This document shows positions 18,094 to 28,345 of a stretch of 64,000 bases of DNA, in pieces. The stretch lies in the IMG/VR virus record IMGVR_UViG_3300038301_000548, positions 32,001 to 96,000 of that record; one strand, written 5' to 3'. The stretch is from a virus. The position numbers were made by a program, and so were the translations under genes. A model generated the notes under the pieces. That model did no database searches and was not told the origin of the DNA. It was given only the letters and a program-made list of their open reading frames with translations. Numbering within the stretch: the first letter of the stretch is position 1; every line of letters starts with the position of its first letter.

Positions 18094-19395
18094 TTATGCA
18101 GCTTTTATCTTGCTGCTTGTAAAAGATTTTAATTGGATTGAAAGGCTCTCTATGAGAGTTTGGATTCGCAGTTTTCTGAATTTTTCTACTCCGTTCCTAT
18201 TTACCCATCTCCAGTAATAGTTGTCATCTGGGTGATTTGCTTCTGCGACCTCTGCTGTGCAGCGTTTCTTGCTCTGAGTATTTAAAATATCGCGGCCTTG
18301 TTGAGCTTTTGATTCACTAATCAATCTATTGTCATGCTTTCGGGCTTCCTCAAAAAGTGACGCGTAATTCGTGACGACTAAGTTAGAGTTAAACACCTCT
18401 CGGCATGTGTATATTGTAGCCCACATTGTCTTTTTTGGAATCTTTTTCGGACAGGCGCGTTGCTGGCGGAAACAATCCATAGCCAAATTAATAATGTCCT
18501 GTGCTGCTCGGAACGAGCGATACTGAGGGGTGGCAGACAAGCGATCCTTGTTTTCTCCCAGAAAATAAAAATTATCACAGTGATCTTTAGAAATGAAGTC
18601 TTTTTCTTCGATTTCAGGCATGAGTTCCATAAACATATGTAGAAGTGCTTCGCTGTCCTTCATCCTCTTGATGTTACTCTCTTTAAACGACTCGATCAGC
18701 GGCCAGACATCGTGATAGGTTGTTTCGGCTAGGGTTCTAATTGGGCGCGCCACAGGCGTAATGATTGCTGTGCGCCATTCTTGGTTGTTTAGACCTGCTC
18801 CATCGTTAATTGCTCGGAAAACGATAGGGCACTTAGAGTACGGCGTATGCATGTGAGTAACAACATGTACCTTATTGTGTAAAAAGTTCTGCTGAACGCC
18901 AATATCGAGATCCTTGAAGTACTTTCCCTGGCAATCATGTGATTTTCCTGATAAGTCTTTCAATACAACGTTCAAGGATATTTTACTATTAATAAACTTA
19001 AAAATAGTATCGCGCCGTTGCATGCCGTCTAAGCTTAGCCAATCAAATCCGTCTGATAAAATTCCCTCTAGAAACTTTATACCTGCTGATTCTACCAGGG
19101 CTCTAGATGCACTGAGTGCTGATCTAGTGCATGCTACAATCATTGAACTTGAGGCGCAGCCGTCTGCAACTGATTGAATGTAATTTGATTGTTTAGTTTT
19201 CGACCAGACCAAATTTCTCTGGAAATTCTTATCTACAAAGTATTTTATGTCAGAGAACTGCACAAGAAAATCCTTTATCAAGAAGTCTTGGGACGTGGTT
19301 GACATAGCTGGGCCCTGTGCGCCAGGGATAGGCGTTACATAGTTACTCATAATTTCTCCTTTTTTTATCGTATAAAGCGGCACTGAAATTAGCAA
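18094..19395 (-). CDS. DUF262 (ParB-like, GmrS-type) domain protein; true start probably MSNYVTP near 19350
   Basis: FQRNLVW (QR..W motif) and LDGMQR (DGQQR motif); AAAGGAG SD precedes the MSNY ATG. Confidence 0.75.
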   Translation of the reverse strand: MLISVPLYTIKKGEIMSNYVTPIPGAQGPAMSTTSQDFLIKDFLVQFSDIKYFVDKNFQRNLVWSKTKQSNYIQSVADGCASSSMIVACTRSALSASRALVESAGIKFLEGILSDGFDWLSLDGMQRRDTIFKFINSKISLNVVLKDLSGKSHDCQGKYFKDLDIGVQQNFLHNKVHVVTHMHTPYSKCPIVFRAINDGAGLNNQEWRTAIITPVARPIRTLAETTYHDVWPLIESFKESNIKRMKDSEALLHMFMELMPEIEEKDFISKDHCDNFYFLGENKDRLSATPQYRSFRAAQDIINLAMDCFRQQRACPKKIPKKTMWATIYTCREVFNSNLVVTNYASLFEEARKHDNRLISESKAQQGRDILNTQSKKRCTAEVAEANHPDDNYYWRWVNRNGVEKFRKLRIQTLIESLSIQLKSFTSSKIKAA

Positions 19396-19465
19396 CTTGC
19401 TAGCACAGCACCATGAGTATGTTTAAATATTATCACTTTTTCTAGTGAACTTAAAGTTCTTTTTT

Positions 19466-20311
19466 TTAATTTAGCAGGTCTTGGATTTTTGGAGAAAAAC
19501 ACTCGACATAAATATAGTCATTTTCATATTGCGTTGGATAGATTCCGAAATAGGCCTTTGTCTCCTCCCTCATTCGATTCTTGACACTGTTGGTTAACTC
19601 CTTGAAAAAGTTTCCCTGGGTTTTCAGTTTCTCTTCGTTAATACCGAAATAGTATACCACTTCCACTTCTTGTTTGAAAGGAGAAAATAACTTGTCTTCG
19701 CAAGATATGGTGCTAACTCCCAAGGAGCGTATACGGCAAGATTCTCTAATACGTGAGAATGTCGACATAATTGGTTTAGTATTCTTGAAGACTTCGACCA
19801 TGTGATAGCTATCACAAAATACTGAATTTATCTGTTTATAGTAGTCGAAAACATTGATCGACTCCGTGAAGCCTTCCAGGGTCTTATTGCAAACCATAGT
19901 GATGTCTTCAAAGAGTCCGGACCTAGCGTATTCCTGTAAAACGCTCCGCACTGTCTTTTCCTGAAGGACTTGGTCTTCTGAGAGGAATTCTGTTTCCGGG
20001 TGAAAATAAATAATTTTTATCTTTAATCCTCTTTTATGCATCGACTCCAAGAGCTTAAGGGACAAAGCGCTACTTTTAGAGGCACCGCAAACAAAGAATG
20101 TAATTTCATCTTTGATGCTCCGGAGAAACTTAATTTTACTTAAAATATTTAAGTTTTCATATTCTTCGGCGGAATCCAGCTCAGGAACGATATAGGTATT
20201 CTTCTCTTCTCTGTCCTGATTACAGATTCTATATATTTTGTATATATTGTACTTCTCTAGTTCTGTGACTATATCGCATGCGGCATTTCCTAGGGCTAGT
20301 ATGTTTTTCAA
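19466..20311 (-). CDS. Divergent tubulin/FtsZ-like protein
   Basis: N-terminal ILALGNAACDI (GxGxxGxN-like), Rossmann-like beta/alpha spacing, 281 aa; signature loop degenerate (CGASKSSA). Confidence 0.55.
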   Translation of the reverse strand: MKNILALGNAACDIVTELEKYNIYKIYRICNQDREEKNTYIVPELDSAEEYENLNILSKIKFLRSIKDEITFFVCGASKSSALSLKLLESMHKRGLKIKIIYFHPETEFLSEDQVLQEKTVRSVLQEYARSGLFEDITMVCNKTLEGFTESINVFDYYKQINSVFCDSYHMVEVFKNTKPIMSTFSRIRESCRIRSLGVSTISCEDKLFSPFKQEVEVVYYFGINEEKLKTQGNFFKELTNSVKNRMREETKAYFGIYPTQYENDYIYVECFSPKIQDLLN

Positions 20312-21433
20312 ACGCGTATTTCCTTCATCTCTCCGAAGTTCTTACCGATGCTGACGTTTGATAGAAATCTACCAAATAAGTTTGTCTCGAATATGTCTTT
20401 TAGCTGAGAAACCATCTCATAATCCTCTTTTGCGAAATCAAGCACAACAGAATCGTGCATAGTGAATGCAACAAAGCTCTTGGTGCCCCTAAGTTTCTTC
20501 ACGATCTTGTATGCATTCTCTAGTACTATATCAGATGTTGTAGATTGAAGCAAGTAATTTAATGCTTTTCTTTCGTCTACAGGAAGGGTCCTGCCAAAAG
20601 GAGTCCTAATAGTCGCGTTGGTGTAATGCTCTAAGTATGCTTTTTTATTATAGTGCTTCTCATATATTCCATTTTCAGCCTTTGGATTATAAAGCCAGGC
20701 AAAGAATTGAGCTTTAGCTTCTGATCTGGAGATCCATGGAGGCATATCCTTCATATTCCACAAGTGAATATCCTCTGTTGGTTGTTGGACTCCAGAGAAA
20801 GCTAGTAATGTTCTTATTTCCGCGCCATTGAGATCCAGCTCTAGAAACAAATCATTTTGCGGGGTGACCGATTTTCTCTCCTCTTTCTTTATATTCATGA
20901 TTGGGTATGAACCCTTCACTGTTGCCAACCTTCCTGTAGCTGAAGTATAAATGTCATATTTAACTCTCTCCCTTATCTTTCCAACATTTAAACCTCTTTT
21001 GCTGATTTCTGTTGTGAGGACATGGATTTTATGCATAATATCATAACTGGCAGGCCTGGGGACTGTTCTTATTATTTCTTGCATGGCTGCGTCCCTGAGA
21101 GAGAACCATCGATGCAGCAGATGGTCCGGCAAGACGTCAAAAAAACATAGTCTGGAAAGGTCGACCTTTGCTGTTAGGGCTGCAGCTTTTTGGGATCTTA
21201 TAAGATCCCCCACTGAGAGGATCCCTTGCGGGTCTCGAGAGAACTCTGATAATTGCTTCTGATTTGCATAGACACTCAGAAACGTATAATTCTCATCCCT
21301 TTCTATTGCCGTGGAATAAGACCATGCATGATCTGCAGAATCTAAAAGTTGGCTGAAGTTCTTAAATATAAACTGGTTGTCCGCATATATTCCTCTGCAG
21401 TTATCTTCTATTTCAAGTGTCTGTATTACTCTC
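20308..21433 (-). CDS. Short family A DNA polymerase (polymerase domain only); probable TTG start near 21433
   Basis: TGRLA, motif A DLNGAEIR, motif B RSEAKAQFFAWLY, RTPFGR, NYLLQST, motif C MHDSVV. Confidence 0.8.
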
Positions 21434-22657
21434 AACGTTCTCTCTTCTTTCATTTTCGGTGCGGCGCCGGAACTGGTCGTGATCAAGCACTACCTGTTCT
21501 ATGATCTTAGAACAAGTAGATCCTATCTTGGCCGTCGCGTGACTAAGGCCGTAAATTGAGTAGGTCTGTATGGCTTGGTGTGCTTCGACTTCATAAAATC
21601 TCTGATCGTAGCTGTCCAGTTCATATAAGCGGGTGCGTAAGAGCAGGGCCAGCCAGGTTTCTTCTGATAATGCAGACACTTGACTCCTTCTCATTATTGA
21701 CTCATTACCATTATAACCCAATCTGGGAACAAAAGCAACCTTATTTCTAACCTGTATATAGAGGTTTTCTAAAAAACTCTGCAGCATGAAGAGGTCTTCA
21801 GGGTGGGTTTTAATCCGATAAATAGAATCCATTATCTCACTTGCAGACCTAGTTGCATGGACTCCGGGTGGTGGCCGGTCGATGGGGCCATCCGGAGTTT
21901 CAATAGTTTCTGGCTTTTCTGCTCTCATGAGTAACCTAACGATTTCTTTATCTAAATTAACCATCAGGCGCCATGGCGAGTTTTTGTCGACATAGAAACC
22001 AGAAGCTGAAGCATAGTCTAGATAACAAGAAAAATTAGGATCTTGCAAGATTTCACCTTTTGACAAATCGATCTGCGGATTCAGGTTTGCTAGCTCTAAT
22101 ACCAGGCCTGTAGTTTTTATATCGTTATGTTTTGAGAGTAGGAAACCGGTTTTTGTAATTGGATAGTTCTTGAGGTCGCTTTCTGCAATACTCATAAACT
22201 CTTTAACAAAACTCTCGAAGTCAACAATAGAAGCATTGCTAGATAAGTTTTCCAAATAACTTGTAGTCAAAAAGGTTGTGTACTCTGAGTAGTAGGTTTC
22301 GAAATTTAAATATCCGGCAGTTGGCACTAGGCCCTCCAAGAAGATCGGAAAAGATATATTAGTCTCTTGGACTCTCTGCAAGTAATCTCTTCTAAAGTTG
22401 CGAAAAGCCTCTGCGACAAAACCCAAGGCTGAGACATCGTCTGCGACGGACGGAAAAGTCTTTAGTATGGAGTCATCCACGCCGGGGACTATGATGACCG
22501 GTTCAAACTTGCTGTTTACACGGCCGAAGAAAGCGTTTTCATACCAGGTATCTAGCATACTTTCGAAATTAACTAAATTTTTATATTTGGCCCTTTCTCT
22601 GAACTCTTTCTCGAGGTTGTTTGAAGTGCCGGCGGAAAATAATATCTTGCTTGCCAT
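21413..22657 (-). CDS. Hypothetical protein, probably virion/baseplate associated (start reassigned to 22657)
   Basis: AGGGG SD then ATG GCA AGC directly after the upstream TGA at 22659. Confidence 0.55.
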   Translation of the reverse strand: MASKILFSAGTSNNLEKEFRERAKYKNLVNFESMLDTWYENAFFGRVNSKFEPVIIVPGVDDSILKTFPSVADDVSALGFVAEAFRNFRRDYLQRVQETNISFPIFLEGLVPTAGYLNFETYYSEYTTFLTTSYLENLSSNASIVDFESFVKEFMSIAESDLKNYPITKTGFLLSKHNDIKTTGLVLELANLNPQIDLSKGEILQDPNFSCYLDYASASGFYVDKNSPWRLMVNLDKEIVRLLMRAEKPETIETPDGPIDRPPPGVHATRSASEIMDSIYRIKTHPEDLFMLQSFLENLYIQVRNKVAFVPRLGYNGNESIMRRSQVSALSEETWLALLLRTRLYELDSYDQRFYEVEAHQAIQTYSIYGLSHATAKIGSTCSKIIEQVVLDHDQFRRRTENERRENVESNTDT

Positions 22658-22658
22658 G

Positions 22659-25430
22659 TCAAGTGCCCCTCTTCTTGGGTTCGATCTGGCCGCTGGTGCG
22701 ATTCTCATCAAAATAAATGTCAACATACTCATACTGCGCATCGAAACTGCTGTTGATGTAGTACCGTATATGATCGGCGCTATATCTGACTCGATCGACT
22801 CCCATGACAGGGCTGCCGCGGCGGAGATCATGAGACCTTGCTGTGCCGGCAGCGAACCATGATTTGTCCACATCGGGGTCATGAAATGTAAAATGCTCCG
22901 AGATTGAATTTGAAAGATTTACCTGTATACCGAGAGTGTTCTTCAGTTTAGATTCAACGCCGCTAGTAGCCTGAATTGAATCACTGGACCCTGTCGGTAC
23001 CCCCGTTGGTAGCTCCTGCGCATCAGCCCCGGGTTCGCTCTGACTAATCTCTCCAGCCGTTTCCGTGATAGGCACCGCGTCCGTAAGACCTTTCCTCTCT
23101 GAGGCGTGGGCCCCGAAAGAACACTTTAAAGAAGTAGTTGAAATACCATTCGACACATTAGTCGTAACAGACAGTATTGTATAATAGCCTCCGAGGCCTA
23201 ACCTGTGAGATGCGCTATTCTTATCATTAGGCAGGCCGAAGCCGATGTTGCCCGGGTTTACATAGATTTGACTCCCCGGCATAAAAAGGTTATTGCCGAT
23301 CATTTCGATTGTGGCAGAATACGGCATCTTTAATTCATCGTATAAACCTACCTGGTTTGTCATCAGCTGCTCTTGAGCTTTTGGGACGTCAAATCTACTA
23401 AAGTTGATGCTCTTTATCAAGCCTCTATTTTTTCCAATCTCAAAATGATAAATACCTTTATCTGAATCTTGCTTCTTTATCCCTGAGCCATCTGGTGTGA
23501 ACTCTCTTTCTGATTCTTGAAATATGACAAAGTATTCGTTATCATCTTCGAAAGAGTAGGACTTCATAGCGGACGAGCCGGGGAGGTTCGATGGTTTTAA
23601 AATAGATTGTTTTGATAATTTTGCTGAGAGGCCACGGCCGGTGTATGTTGTGCTTGTAATTGTTGGCATACTTTCAACTATCCCGTTGGCCACGGGTTGA
23701 AAAGATAGGTGCAGGGCCTCGGGTATTATATGGTTAACACACTTATTTAAGAACTGGTATATTGTATAAGTCTTGTCATAATTGCTTATTACCTCATCCT
23801 TCATCACCTTTGACCACAGTGCTAAAGATATTGGCACATCTGCTAAGTTTATTTTCTTTATCTCTGGCTTAGCTGTGCTGTCCTTTCCTCTGATTTTTAT
23901 GTTTACGTCTGACAGCAGAACTCTAAACTTTTTTAGTTTTTTGACGTTTTCTTCTAGTACTAGTTTGATTTTTTCCTTTTCTTCTGAGGTTCTATTCTGA
24001 TACTTTTTGTTTATTTCGCTCTCTGGGTTAGAGATCTCTTTTATAGCTTTATCTATATTTTCTGCGCTCTTTTCAAAAAAGGCCTGCATAAGATCACCTA
24101 GTGCTACGTAATGGATGGTCCTCTTTGAGAGGTCTAGATCGTCTTTACGTGATTTGTAATCTACAGACTTTTCATCGACGCGCTTCGATGAAAACTTCAG
24201 GGGTTCATCTGTGGGTGGCAGGTTCGGTAGTGACAGGTCTATGGCGGGGGTACCTATGCCGAGGTAACTTCTGGGCTTTCCGTCATCAGAAGAAATTAGT
24301 GACGCGTTCTCGGCCATCGCGTCGAGGGTGGCAGCGAAGGGATTCACTTCTGATTGTGCTTTGCCATAGGTGCTATATTGAAACAAGAAGCTGTCGTCAA
24401 AAATAGCCTCGTGGATTTTATTCTTTGATTCTAAGATCTCCATAACTCTTCTAATTTCTTTAAGTTTTTTTTGATAGTCTTCTAATGTTCTGTTTTCCTT
24501 TATTTTGCCCTCCTTAGATTTCCCAGCCTCGACAACTCCATCCCTAAATAGTGACCGTATATCAGCCCTAACAACAGTGTCCTCGGTCGAATCCCCAAGG
24601 CTAAAGAGGCTATCGCCAAGTGAGTCACCTATTCTTGCCGTATATTTTATATTTATTGTCGCTGAGCCATCTTGTTGGACGTCTATGCTATGAGATATAA
24701 CATTCATCCTTAACGCTAGATTTGATTCCCGGATCTCTTCCACTTCCAGTTGGGTAAATAAGCTTTGATTTAAAAAAGTATACCCCAAAGTGGCAGAGAC
24801 TTCTATGGGTCGGCGAAGGTCACCTGGCGTTATAGTCGAACTGTGCTCGACATTCGATAAGTTACCTGGTGCGTTTCTCGCTATAGATATTGTAAATAAA
24901 TCGGCTAGGCGTGCATAACCAGCCTTTGGCTCAGCAAAAATTAAAGAAACGTTATCAACAAACACTGTTAAATTGGCCATTAAAAATCTGGGTGCCTGGT
25001 ATGGGTTAGTACCGACAAATTCTACTGAAAAGTCTCTGACGGCTGCGGCGCCTAGAGAGAATGGGGCGCCCTCATCGGAGACCTCTGCAGTGGTTGGAAA
25101 GTAGAAAGGCAGCATCTTTTCCCCGATGGATTTAAAGAATCTAAGTTCTGGCACTAGGGAGCTTATTTTGTAGGTCTCTAGGTTGAAGAAGTCATCTTTA
25201 ATGACTATTTTGTTATTACTGTCGGGTTTATTTGTAATCTTAGACATAACTGAATTGGGGTCGTAAGGCTCTCCTCCCAGGGAGTGGACTCCTATTGTTT
25301 TATTTTCACTCGGAGTAAGAGTCGCTTTTTTAATACCGGACTCGGCCGAGGTGCCGTGCAGATTCCATTTATAAAGCAATGCTGCTTGCGGGTGAAAGCT
25401 GTTCTTCTCATTTCCTTTTCCTGCTGCCAT
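22659..25430 (-). CDS. Putative baseplate hub protein (gp27/VgrG-like)
   Basis: 923 aa; C-terminal IEMIGNNLFMPGSQIYV...GGYYTILSVTT pattern; follows LysM-like and tube-initiator genes. Confidence 0.5.
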   Translation of the reverse strand: MAAGKGNEKNSFHPQAALLYKWNLHGTSAESGIKKATLTPSENKTIGVHSLGGEPYDPNSVMSKITNKPDSNNKIVIKDDFFNLETYKISSLVPELRFFKSIGEKMLPFYFPTTAEVSDEGAPFSLGAAAVRDFSVEFVGTNPYQAPRFLMANLTVFVDNVSLIFAEPKAGYARLADLFTISIARNAPGNLSNVEHSSTITPGDLRRPIEVSATLGYTFLNQSLFTQLEVEEIRESNLALRMNVISHSIDVQQDGSATINIKYTARIGDSLGDSLFSLGDSTEDTVVRADIRSLFRDGVVEAGKSKEGKIKENRTLEDYQKKLKEIRRVMEILESKNKIHEAIFDDSFLFQYSTYGKAQSEVNPFAATLDAMAENASLISSDDGKPRSYLGIGTPAIDLSLPNLPPTDEPLKFSSKRVDEKSVDYKSRKDDLDLSKRTIHYVALGDLMQAFFEKSAENIDKAIKEISNPESEINKKYQNRTSEEKEKIKLVLEENVKKLKKFRVLLSDVNIKIRGKDSTAKPEIKKINLADVPISLALWSKVMKDEVISNYDKTYTIYQFLNKCVNHIIPEALHLSFQPVANGIVESMPTITSTTYTGRGLSAKLSKQSILKPSNLPGSSAMKSYSFEDDNEYFVIFQESEREFTPDGSGIKKQDSDKGIYHFEIGKNRGLIKSINFSRFDVPKAQEQLMTNQVGLYDELKMPYSATIEMIGNNLFMPGSQIYVNPGNIGFGLPNDKNSASHRLGLGGYYTILSVTTNVSNGISTTSLKCSFGAHASERKGLTDAVPITETAGEISQSEPGADAQELPTGVPTGSSDSIQATSGVESKLKNTLGIQVNLSNSISEHFTFHDPDVDKSWFAAGTARSHDLRRGSPVMGVDRVRYSADHIRYYINSSFDAQYEYVDIYFDENRTSGQIEPKKRGT

Positions 25431-25433
25431 TAT

Positions 25434-25787
25434 TTATGTCTCTCTTGTTGCAATATAGATCGCATACTCTAAATCCTTTGGTATAGATACAACTTCCCCT
25501 AGTTGTATATGACTGTCTGTCGGCTTCTTGTTGTACCATGCAATAACCCACCAGTACTCTACTGATCCATAAAACTCATAAGCCCACTTACTCATTCGTT
25601 CTCCGACTGCCATAATCCTCTCATGCGTCTCAATGGCCATAGTCTCCTGGTCTTCAGCATCGGGACTATTGAACTCAAGTCTAGCATATTGCCGGACTTC
25701 TGTCAAGTCCCTTCTGTGGAAAATTTCGGGGCGCAACTTGTTTGGGACCATTATTGGATTTGTGTAGTTGTTGTACCTATCAGACAT
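25434..25787 (-). CDS. LysM/tail X-like baseplate protein (gp53-like)
   Basis: GERMSKWAYEFYGSVEYWWVIAWYN...IQLGEVVSIP. Confidence 0.75.
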   Translation of the reverse strand: MSDRYNNYTNPIMVPNKLRPEIFHRRDLTEVRQYARLEFNSPDAEDQETMAIETHERIMAVGERMSKWAYEFYGSVEYWWVIAWYNKKPTDSHIQLGEVVSIPKDLEYAIYIATRET

Positions 25788-25802
25788 GATATACTCTCCT
25801 TG

Positions 25803-26459
25803 TTAGCTCTTTAACAGTCTGCTCTTGTTTTTTGTTCCGCCCATAATAGCCTTAGAATCTGATGGCGCAGAATAAGGGAACTGGCTTGTTAAGAAATCTT
25901 GGTTTTCATCCCAACCCAACTGGTTTTCGTGTTGTGGGTCGAAAGTTATGCTAATGTTGTAGTGTTTTGGGAAAAGCTCTCCATTTGGCTTATAGAAGTA
26001 ACCGGCGGCTGCATTTGGCTTGAAATTGAAGCCGCCGATGCAACCTAATAGAGATCCGGACCCATTGGCCGCTTGGACCATGTTGACAAATTTCAATCTT
26101 ATCAGTGGTGGGGCCTTAATTGTTCGGCCGAATGATCCTCCGGTGCCGGCAAGGGGTGCTGAGTATGATGGGTACAGCATCTTTACAAGGGTTGAGTATC
26201 TGGCAAGGTTTTCTTTTGCGTGTGCCTCACTGGCAGACAAGACGTCGAAAGCTAAAGTTATCTGTCTAGTTGTTGATTGATATGGCTTTATTGGATCGTT
26301 TCTGCCGAATATCTGTTCGCCACCCCAAGAGACAGTATAGTTATCTGAAAAATCTGTTAAAAATGCTGGGAACTCTATGGTTGTCCCAGAAGCCAGGTGT
26401 TCAAAAGAGATCATCTGGTTTTTTGATTTTGCTATTTCTCCAAAGTCTGTAAAACTCAT
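25803..26459 (-). CDS. Putative baseplate tube-initiator protein
   Basis: FPAFLTDFSDNYTVSW...FGRNDPI..YQSTTRQITLAF; lies between tape measure and LysM genes. Confidence 0.6.
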   Translation of the reverse strand: MSFTDFGEIAKSKNQMISFEHLASGTTIEFPAFLTDFSDNYTVSWGGEQIFGRNDPIKPYQSTTRQITLAFDVLSASEAHAKENLARYSTLVKMLYPSYSAPLAGTGGSFGRTIKAPPLIRLKFVNMVQAANGSGSLLGCIGGFNFKPNAAAGYFYKPNGELFPKHYNISITFDPQHENQLGWDENQDFLTSQFPYSAPSDSKAIMGGTKNKSRLLKS

Positions 26460-26484
26460 ATTATCTCTCCTTTAATAAAAATCA

Positions 26485-28098
26485 TCATGGTGATCCTTTT
26501 TTACTCAATGCGGCCGTTGCGCCTTTCTCGATCTTTTCCATCTCTTTACTATCTCGGCCAAAAGCCCGAAGCGCATTAGTAATTATCTTTAGGCCGGCGC
26601 CAAAACCATCCAAAGCCTCGCCCAGCGCTTTGTAATCTTCGTCCTTTGGTGCATTCTTGGCAAACTTCTCTAGTGTCACCAGCGTGGTTAAGGCTTTAGG
26701 GATCCCAGTGAAATCTTCGATTGTGCCGGCTATTTTGCTGGAGGCTGCCAGTGCGACGGCGATTTCAACTAGTTTCCTTTGGTCTTTTTTTGCGCCTTCG
26801 AGTTGGTTGACGATATTTGGAAAGATATCTTTAGCATCGATGCCGATTTGGTTTCGTTTGAAACCTGAAAGGGCGCTTTGTTTAATGGATTTCAAAACCT
26901 CCAATGCGCCGGCGGCGTCCTTCTGCATAAGAATCACCTGCGAAACTTGAGATTTTTGCATGGTATTCAGGCTTTTGAAAGAGATTTCGATTTTCTTCTG
27001 GAGTTCTTTAGTTTTCTCTTCTCCGAACTTCAGGCCGATGGCCTTGGTTAAGGCATCCGCTGCGAGGTTTTTGGTACTATCTTGGATCATGTTCCCTAGG
27101 GCGACCAGTGAATTCTCTACTGGGCCGCGGCCTCTTCGGATACTGTCGCTAAGTTTCTTTATGCTAATATCAACATCTTTTGTCGAATTATCAAATCTGC
27201 CCTCAAGCTTGTCATATTTTTCTGAATCGACGGCGCCGGGTTGTTTCCCTGTCCTGAGGAACTTTCTAGTATCCTCTACTGATCCAAATCCCAAAGTCTC
27301 TTGAACCGCCATTAACTCAAACTTGCCCATCTTGTTCGGGTCGCGGCCTTCGAACTCTTTTTTTACTCTTTTAGCTCGTTGTGCTTCGGTCATATTTAGC
27401 ATCTCAATGCTGTTGAATGCTGATTTACCCAATATCTGGTTTAGTTGACCTGCTTTTTGAGCTGCTCCTTCGAAACTATCAAAACTGCTACCAAATGTGC
27501 TCGTCAACGAATCGAAAGAAAGCCCGGTTTGTCGCGACATCACCTGAAGTTCTTTAAAATTTTGTTTAAATATTTTTGTGTTATAAGCAAAATTTTGCTG
27601 CGCAGAGCGAAAGTTCTTGGCCAGGGTATCGCCCGGAATAGCTAAGGCTTCTGACATATTCGCGAATTCGGCCATGAGGCCTTTCAATTCATCAGCTGAG
27701 CTGCCAAATGCATACATCCCAGAGTCAACCACTTCTGCTAGTGTTGTTGCTTCGAAGCCTAAGCCCTGCATCGCTACGGTAGTTTCGAGCAGCTTAGAAC
27801 GGAGACTGTCACTCATATAAACAAAAGCCTTAGCGTTTGTCCTAAAAGCAGTTAAGGCATCAGTCGCCCTGTTGGTATTCCCAAACAGCTTTAGGGACTG
27901 TTCGGCGGCGGAACTGAAGGCAGAACCCAACTCTTCAAGGTCTTGGGCGTATCCAGCTTCTGTAAAAGCTTTTCGCTGTTCGTCGAATAACTTGGTTTGC
28001 TGGGCCAGGCGCTTGATCGGGTTTAACAAGACCTCTTCTTGCACTGGGTTTATAGCAGATGAGAGCTGCGCTATTTGTTCTTTGGTAAATTCACTCAT
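26485..28098 (-). CDS. Tape measure protein
   Basis: Ala/Leu-rich helical 537 aa with FDSFEGAAQKAGQLNQILG; follows the tail chaperone. Confidence 0.65.
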   Translation of the reverse strand: MSEFTKEQIAQLSSAINPVQEEVLLNPIKRLAQQTKLFDEQRKAFTEAGYAQDLEELGSAFSSAAEQSLKLFGNTNRATDALTAFRTNAKAFVYMSDSLRSKLLETTVAMQGLGFEATTLAEVVDSGMYAFGSSADELKGLMAEFANMSEALAIPGDTLAKNFRSAQQNFAYNTKIFKQNFKELQVMSRQTGLSFDSLTSTFGSSFDSFEGAAQKAGQLNQILGKSAFNSIEMLNMTEAQRAKRVKKEFEGRDPNKMGKFELMAVQETLGFGSVEDTRKFLRTGKQPGAVDSEKYDKLEGRFDNSTKDVDISIKKLSDSIRRGRGPVENSLVALGNMIQDSTKNLAADALTKAIGLKFGEEKTKELQKKIEISFKSLNTMQKSQVSQVILMQKDAAGALEVLKSIKQSALSGFKRNQIGIDAKDIFPNIVNQLEGAKKDQRKLVEIAVALAASSKIAGTIEDFTGIPKALTTLVTLEKFAKNAPKDEDYKALGEALDGFGAGLKIITNALRAFGRDSKEMEKIEKGATAALSKKGSP

Positions 28099-28174
28099 CG
28101 TATCAGTACCCTCGGTTCTCTAAGTGTTCTCTATAAAGGGAATAGCCCCCTATTTAACTAGATAGAATACAAAT

Positions 28175-28345
28175 TTATGCATCTTTTGATTTCTCCTCAT
28201 GATGCCTGATCAGGCGACGGATAAACCACTTTCTCAACCCAATGGGGAGACTGTAAGCTTCTGAAAACGACCATTTCATGTGCTGTATTAAGAGATAAAT
28301 CTCTTCATATACAACTTTCTCTAGATATTCTTTACTAAGACCAAA
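28175..28345 (-). CDS. Unannotated 56-codon frame, probable C-terminal extension of the tail chaperone via frameshift
   Basis: Reads FGLSKEYLEKVVYEEIYLLIQHMKWSFSEAYSLPIGLRKWFIRRLIRHHEEKSKDA*; no start or SD at its 5' end; overlaps the chaperone stop in the +1 frame. Confidence 0.7.
   Translation of the reverse strand, partial: FGLSKEYLEKVVYEEIYLLIQHMKWSFSEAYSLPIGLRKWFIRRLIRHHEEKSKDA

Noticed and set aside
22658-22882. N-terminal extension of ORF 21413..22882
   Set aside because: Overlaps the hub gene by about 225 nt; a better SD-led ATG lies at 22657
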